31,032 nucleotides of DNA from positions 1 to 31,032 of the forward strand of contig BTWA01000035.1 in NCBI GenBank assembly GCA_045863295.1, written 5' to 3'. The notes below the pieces were generated by a model that was not told the DNA's origin, ran no database searches, and saw only the letters and a program-made list of their open reading frames with translations. Each line of letters opens with the position of its first letter. Position 1 is the stretch's first letter. Source of the DNA: Candidatus Hydrogenedentota bacterium. Its GTDB lineage: Bacteria; Hydrogenedentota; Hydrogenedentia; Hydrogenedentales; SLHB01. Both the position numbers and the translations under genes were made by a program. This document shows, one piece after another, positions 26,352-31,032 of this stretch.

Positions 26352-28867
26352 GAAACATCCTGACGATTGTCCGGCGCGATTTGGGCCAGTATTTCACTTC
26401 GCCGGTCGGATACATTTTCATCATCGTGTTCCTTCTGATCTCGGTCGGCCTGTACATGACATCGTTCTTTGTGTTTCCGGTGGCGGACATGCGGCAGTTC
26501 TTCGGCAACCTGCCGGTGATTCTGTGCATATTTGTGCCAGCGGTCACGATGCGCGTATGGGCCGAAGAGCGCAAAGAGAACACCTGGGAGATGTTGCTTA
26601 CATTTCCCATGAAAGCCAGTCAACTTGTGTTGGGCAAGTTTTTCGCGACGTTACTCTTTTTTGCGATCACGCTTGCGGCGACCTTCACCGTGCCGTTGAT
26701 GCTTGTGGTGCTGGGCAATCCGGACAACGGGGCGCTTCTAACTGGTTACTTCGGGACTCTGCTGTTGGGCAGTTTCTTTCTTTCGTTGGGGATATTCTGT
26801 TCGGGATTCTGCAAGGACCAAATCGTCGCTTTCGTGTTGACGCTTTTGGGTTGCTTTCTGCTGTTTCTCGTGGGCACGAATTTCATAGCGGGATTAATCG
26901 ACGGGTATGTGCCGGGCCTGGGATCGACCCTTTCGGAGCTTCTGGGCGTATTGAACCGGTATACGACCTTTACTCGCGGCGTGGTGGAAGTAGGCGACGT
27001 GGTGTTCTTTGTGGCGTGGACCGCGATTCTGCTGGGCTTGAACATCATGTTCATCGATGGACGCAACCGGCCTGGCGGCAAGACGCTGTTTGCAACCGCG
27101 GTAGCGCTTTGTTTTGCCATTGGCCTTGCGTTTAATTGGCTGGCCAGCGATCAGAGCCTCGGCCGGTTTGATCTGACGGAGGACAAAGTGTTCACCGTTT
27201 CGCCGGCGACCAAGAACATTCTCGATGGGCTCGACGCGCCGGTGCAGGTGAAACTGTACATTACACCGGCGAGCAAGATGCCGACCGAGTTGAAGCAATT
27301 GGAGCAGGACATCACGGATAAGCTGGATGAACTTCGTATGGCTTCGGGTGGCAAGCTCCAATACAGCGCGGTGTACCTCGAAGCAGCCAACATCGTGGGC
27401 ACGGATCTGGCACAACCCGGTGACACGGAAAAGGCAGAAGAGCCGGATGAGAAAAAGGCAATAGAAGAACGCATGCTCGACAAAGGCGTGACGCCGTTCT
27501 CGGTTCAAGTATTGGCGGACGATCAGTTTTCGCAGAGCTTGATTTATTCAAGCATCGGCATCGGGTACAAGGACAAGAAAGAAGAGATCATTCCTCAGGT
27601 GGAGCCGAACTCCATCCCTGAATTGGAATACCGGGTCATTAACACGGTGTACAAAATCTCTCGCGAGACGGCGCCGAAGATTGTGTTGGTTGCCCCAAAG
27701 GAGACTTACAATATCGATCCGCAATTGCGGCAGATGTTGATGCAAATGGGCCAGGATGTACCGCAGGAGCAAGATCCGTATAGTTTGCTGCAGCGTTTGC
27801 TGGAAGCGGAAAAGTATACGGTGGAGCGCGTGGCGCTGACGAAAGAAGAGCCGCTTCCGGCGGAATTCGACACGCTGGTAGTGGTGAATCCGCGTTCGCT
27901 GAATGAGCGTCAGAAGTGGGAATTGAACCGCGCGTTGGCCTCCGGCAAGAACGTCGTGCTGGCTGTGCAGCATTATGAGTGGCAGTACCAGGCCACGCGA
28001 AGCGGCATCAATCTGGTCAAGAACGATCAGACGCCGATGGTCAACGATTGGCTAACCAAATATGGGCTCGGCGTTGACGAGAAGATATTGATGGATGTGA
28101 ATCACGTGTCGTTGACGATTGGATCCCAGATGGATCAGTTGTTTGGCGGCTCGCAGCGGATCAACCTGCCTATACAGATTCTGGTGAACACCGGATCGAT
28201 GGCGAAAGATGAAGCCATCACGAGCCGCTTGTCCTCCATTTTCTACCTGTGGGGCACGGCCCTATCAGTCAAGGAAGACGAGCTGAAGAAGTACAATCTT
28301 GCGTACAAGCCCTTGATCTGGACCAGCGAACGGGCGTGGACGGCCGATGCCGCGGGCCCGATTTCCCAATCCACGTTTGATGAGCCGGCGAGTGGCCAGC
28401 AGTATCCGCTGGTGGCGTTGGTATCGGGTACGTTCCCGGATGTGTACAAAGACGGGCCGCGTCCTGCCTGGCCGGAAACGCCGCAACAGCCGGGCATGCC
28501 GCCAATGCCTCCCTCGCCCGAGGAGGAGGGGCCGGCCCCCGCATTGACACCGAAACCGGGCAAGCTGATTCTGATGGGCTGTGCGCAAACGTTTCGGGAC
28601 AACTTCATTCAGCAGGGTAACGCGGATCTGTTCTTGAACAGCGTGGACGCCTTGACACTGGGGAACGACATTGTGAACGTGCGCGGGAAGAAACCGTTGG
28701 ATCGATCAATCGACCGGCCCACGGACACGCAGCGCCGCACGTGGCAAGTGGTGAACTATGCGGCCGTCAGCCTTCTGCTGGCGATAGTAGGCATTGTGGT
28801 AGCGGTTGCGCGTCGTCAGGCCCGCAACGCCTATACGATGTCGTATGCGTCAAAAGTGTCCAACTAG
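26348..28867 (+). CDS. Fused ABC-2 permease (GldF-like) and Gldg/ABC auxiliary domain (GldG-like) protein
   Basis: YFTSPVGY, PAVTMRVWAEERK..TWEMLLTFP, VLGKF, DQIVAF (GldF-like); RFDLTEDKVFTVS.AT, LEY, NADLFLNSVDAL and C-terminal TM (GldG-like); ATGA overlap with the ATPase gene. Confidence 0.9.
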   Translation: MRNILTIVRRDLGQYFTSPVGYIFIIVFLLISVGLYMTSFFVFPVADMRQFFGNLPVILCIFVPAVTMRVWAEERKENTWEMLLTFPMKASQLVLGKFFATLLFFAITLAATFTVPLMLVVLGNPDNGALLTGYFGTLLLGSFFLSLGIFCSGFCKDQIVAFVLTLLGCFLLFLVGTNFIAGLIDGYVPGLGSTLSELLGVLNRYTTFTRGVVEVGDVVFFVAWTAILLGLNIMFIDGRNRPGGKTLFATAVALCFAIGLAFNWLASDQSLGRFDLTEDKVFTVSPATKNILDGLDAPVQVKLYITPASKMPTELKQLEQDITDKLDELRMASGGKLQYSAVYLEAANIVGTDLAQPGDTEKAEEPDEKKAIEERMLDKGVTPFSVQVLADDQFSQSLIYSSIGIGYKDKKEEIIPQVEPNSIPELEYRVINTVYKISRETAPKIVLVAPKETYNIDPQLRQMLMQMGQDVPQEQDPYSLLQRLLEAEKYTVERVALTKEEPLPAEFDTLVVVNPRSLNERQKWELNRALASGKNVVLAVQHYEWQYQATRSGINLVKNDQTPMVNDWLTKYGLGVDEKILMDVNHVSLTIGSQMDQLFGGSQRINLPIQILVNTGSMAKDEAITSRLSSIFYLWGTALSVKEDELKKYNLAYKPLIWTSERAWTADAAGPISQSTFDEPASGQQYPLVALVSGTFPDVYKDGPRPAWPETPQQPGMPPMPPSPEEEGPAPALTPKPGKLILMGCAQTFRDNFIQQGNADLFLNSVDALTLGNDIVNVRGKKPLDRSIDRPTDTQRRTWQVVNYAAVSLLLAIVGIVVAVARRQARNAYTMSYASKVSN

Positions 28868-28913
28868 GTTGAGGCTACTTAGCGGCGGTTACGCCGGTAA
28901 GCGGAGAGGATAG

Positions 28914-31032
28914 ATGAACGGGAAAAGCATAGCGGTATTGGCGGTCATTTTGGTCGCACTGGTTGGATTAATCGTGTTGAAGCAACGCGGCAATGAGCCG
29001 CCTTCCATCGTGGACCAGGTCAAACTGAGTACGCTGGTACCTGAAGGCTTGACGAAGTCCGATATCGTGAAAGTTGAACTGGCCAACGGCGGCAAGTCGG
29101 ATGTCAAACTCGTCATTGAGCGTGACGCGGCGGATCCCAATGTATGGCGGTTACCGAGTCATTTCAACGCGCCGGCGGATACGACCAAGGTGGAAGGATT
29201 CATGGAATCCATCGCGGCGTTAAAAGGCGAAACCCGTGCGACGGTGACCAGCGACAGCGAACTGTCCGCTTATAATCTGGAAGAGGCCAAGTCGTTTCAT
29301 GTGACCGTGTACAAGAAAGATGCAGCTGAGCCCGTCGCGACCTTGTTGGTGGGCAAGGCACCGGCCTTCAATCAAGTGTTCATGCGTCAGAGCGGCGGTA
29401 AAGACGTTTATGTGGTGGACAAGAACCTGCGATCGGATGCAGGCATCGTCGGTGAAGAAGCGGACACCGAACCGCAGGCGTCCACGTGGATCAATAAACA
29501 GTTCGCGAAGGTCGAGCGTGAGAAGGTGTCTGGTATAACGATTCAGACGCCGGACCGGACACTGGCCTTTGAGCGTAAGGAAAAACCAAAGGCCGAGACG
29601 CCACCCGCCGAAGGCGAGACGGCTCCCGCGACGCCGCCCGCGGATGCGAAACCTGAGTATGAGTGGGTGCAAAGCCAGGGGTCTATTCAAACGGCATTCA
29701 AGCAGGCCGGCATCGAGAATTTGTTGTCCGCGGTGAGCGGCACGTCTCAAGCGACGGATGTAGTCGATCCGGGCAAGAAAGCGGAATGGGGCCTGGAACC
29801 GCCGGCGTTCGTGCTTACGTTGAACATCGACGGTCAGGAGCAGCCGGTCGTCATTGAGGGCGGTCGCCCGAACCCCGCGGAAGACGCCTACGTCAAGCTG
29901 GCTTCCGACGAGGCCGTTTACAAGATGTCCCGGTTCACGTTTGATCGGTTCTTTCCGAAAGGCACGGATTTCTACGATCTCCCGGGGCTTGGCACCGACA
30001 CGGCGAGCGTCAATCGCGTTGTGACTACGTCGCCGGACGGCGGATATGAAGTGACCAAGGCCGGCGAGTCGTGGTCCGTTGTTCAGCCGGTTGCTCCGCT
30101 GAACGCGCAGACGGCGACACTGTCCTCGATTGGTCAGGCCGCGGGCGCCTTGAAGCCTGTAGACTATGCGGATTCATTTGATGGCAAGGGGCTGGATGCT
30201 CCATCGCATGTCGTCACTGTGCAGGACGCGAGTGGCGAGCACCGGCTGGAGATCGGCGACGAGGCCAAGGGTGTTGAGGGGCGATATGCCCGGTTCCCAG
30301 GTGCGGCGATGCCGCTCATCATTGGCAAGTCGGATTTTGACAAGCTCTTTGTGCCACGAAAGGATTTGTACGAGCGCAAGTTGTTCGATGTGATGGAAGA
30401 CGACATCCAGTCGGTACGTGTCGATCGGACGGAAGACGCATTTACGGCGGCACGAACCGACGCGGGTTGGAGCATTAACGGCGGCGGCGCAAACAACGAC
30501 GCCGTGGACGGCTGGATTGCCTCGTTGGCTTCTTTTCAGGTCAGCGATATTCGGTTTGGCGAGGCAGCATTGCCCGCCCCTGCTGTCGCGACCGTTACGA
30601 TTCTGAAGTCGGACGGCCAAATGCATGTACTTCAAATTGGCCCGGAACAAGACGGCAAGTTCAGCGTTCTTGTGGAAGGTCAAGCGCAGTTGTTCGCGGC
30701 GGACTCGCTGGATGTCAATGAGATCCTGACTGCGAGCAAGCCTTTGCTGCCATCTGAAGCGGCGGCTCCTAGCACAACCGAGACGCCGGCGAGTGAAACC
30801 GCTGTTCCGATTCCGGTGGAAGGAACTGGTGCGGAATCAACGCAGATTTCGATCGAGACGCCCGCTTCAGCGACCCCAATGCTGACGTTGCCAAATCCTG
30901 CGGCGCCGGTCGAATTAACCATTCCTGCGGCACCTGCTCCAGCAGATGCGGCACCTGCTCCAGCAGATGCGGCGGCGGCTCCAGCAGATGCGGCGGCGGC
31001 TCCAGCAGATGCGGCGGCGGCTCCAGCAGATG
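28914..31032 (+). CDS. DUF4340 domain-containing membrane-anchored protein, 3' truncated (absent from the ORF track)
   Basis: SD GGAGAGG, ATG 28914; MNGKSIAVLAVILVALVGLIVLKQR N-terminal anchor; repeated units (W..PSHFNAPAD, LLVGK, VYVV; WGLEPP; GLDAPSH..LEIGD); frame stays open to the window end; usual partner of GldA/F/G-like operons. Confidence 0.88.
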   Translation, partial: MNGKSIAVLAVILVALVGLIVLKQRGNEPPSIVDQVKLSTLVPEGLTKSDIVKVELANGGKSDVKLVIERDAADPNVWRLPSHFNAPADTTKVEGFMESIAALKGETRATVTSDSELSAYNLEEAKSFHVTVYKKDAAEPVATLLVGKAPAFNQVFMRQSGGKDVYVVDKNLRSDAGIVGEEADTEPQASTWINKQFAKVEREKVSGITIQTPDRTLAFERKEKPKAETPPAEGETAPATPPADAKPEYEWVQSQGSIQTAFKQAGIENLLSAVSGTSQATDVVDPGKKAEWGLEPPAFVLTLNIDGQEQPVVIEGGRPNPAEDAYVKLASDEAVYKMSRFTFDRFFPKGTDFYDLPGLGTDTASVNRVVTTSPDGGYEVTKAGESWSVVQPVAPLNAQTATLSSIGQAAGALKPVDYADSFDGKGLDAPSHVVTVQDASGEHRLEIGDEAKGVEGRYARFPGAAMPLIIGKSDFDKLFVPRKDLYERKLFDVMEDDIQSVRVDRTEDAFTAARTDAGWSINGGGANNDAVDGWIASLASFQVSDIRFGEAALPAPAVATVTILKSDGQMHVLQIGPEQDGKFSVLVEGQAQLFAADSLDVNEILTASKPLLPSEAAAPSTTETPASETAVPIPVEGTGAESTQISIETPASATPMLTLPNPAAPVELTIPAAPAPADAAPAPADAAAAPADAAAAPADAAAAPAD
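30927..31032 (+). repeat. In-frame 21-bp tandem repeat (at least 5 copies) encoding AAPAPAD/AAAAPAD
   Basis: GCGGCACCTGCTCCAGCAGAT x2 then GCGGCGGCGGCTCCAGCAGAT x3, running off the window. Confidence 0.97.

Noticed and set aside
28878..28901. Hairpin between the GldFG-like and DUF4340 genes as a terminator
   Set aside because: Short imperfect stem with no U-tract inside an apparent operon; at most an mRNA stability element.
30927..31032. Terminal repeats as a CRISPR array
   Set aside because: Units are contiguous with no spacers, are in frame within a CDS, and no cas genes are present.

Overview
GC-rich (~58-60%) chromosomal segment of a diderm bacterium. The PVC-type heme-binding protein, GYF_2/RDD, DUF1844 and Gld-like ABC/DUF4340 genes suggest a PVC- or Hydrogenedentota-like organism (inference only). 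Left part: tail of a truncated gene, a secreted HEAT-repeat protein, a divergent long-form hisG, a GYF_2-RDD membrane protein, then ndk - a 30-aa bS22-like ribosomal protein (missed by the ORF track) - DUF1844 - purA - an orphan solute-binding lipoprotein, and a stand-alone TolC-family protein. Middle: a PAS hybrid histidine kinase, a radical SAM enzyme, a strand-asymmetric intergenic tract with 7- and 9-mer tandem repeats, and a Wzm/Wzt glycan exporter whose Wzt carries two tandem ~210-aa copies of an unusual beta-rich domain. Right: a small orphan gene, a secreted peroxiredoxin-like protein, exbB-exbD-exbD without tonB, a PVC-type CxxCH protein, a WcaJ-like phosphoglycosyl transferase, and a GldA/GldF-GldG/DUF4340 ABC operon whose last gene runs off the window in a 21-bp tandem repeat. 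No rRNA, tRNA, CRISPR array or transposase was recognised. The most notable observations are the duplicated-domain Wzt next to a radical SAM gene, the bS22 gene, and an apparent GC-skew/codon polarity switch around 14-17.7 kb. Nothing here is established as a new system from sequence alone.
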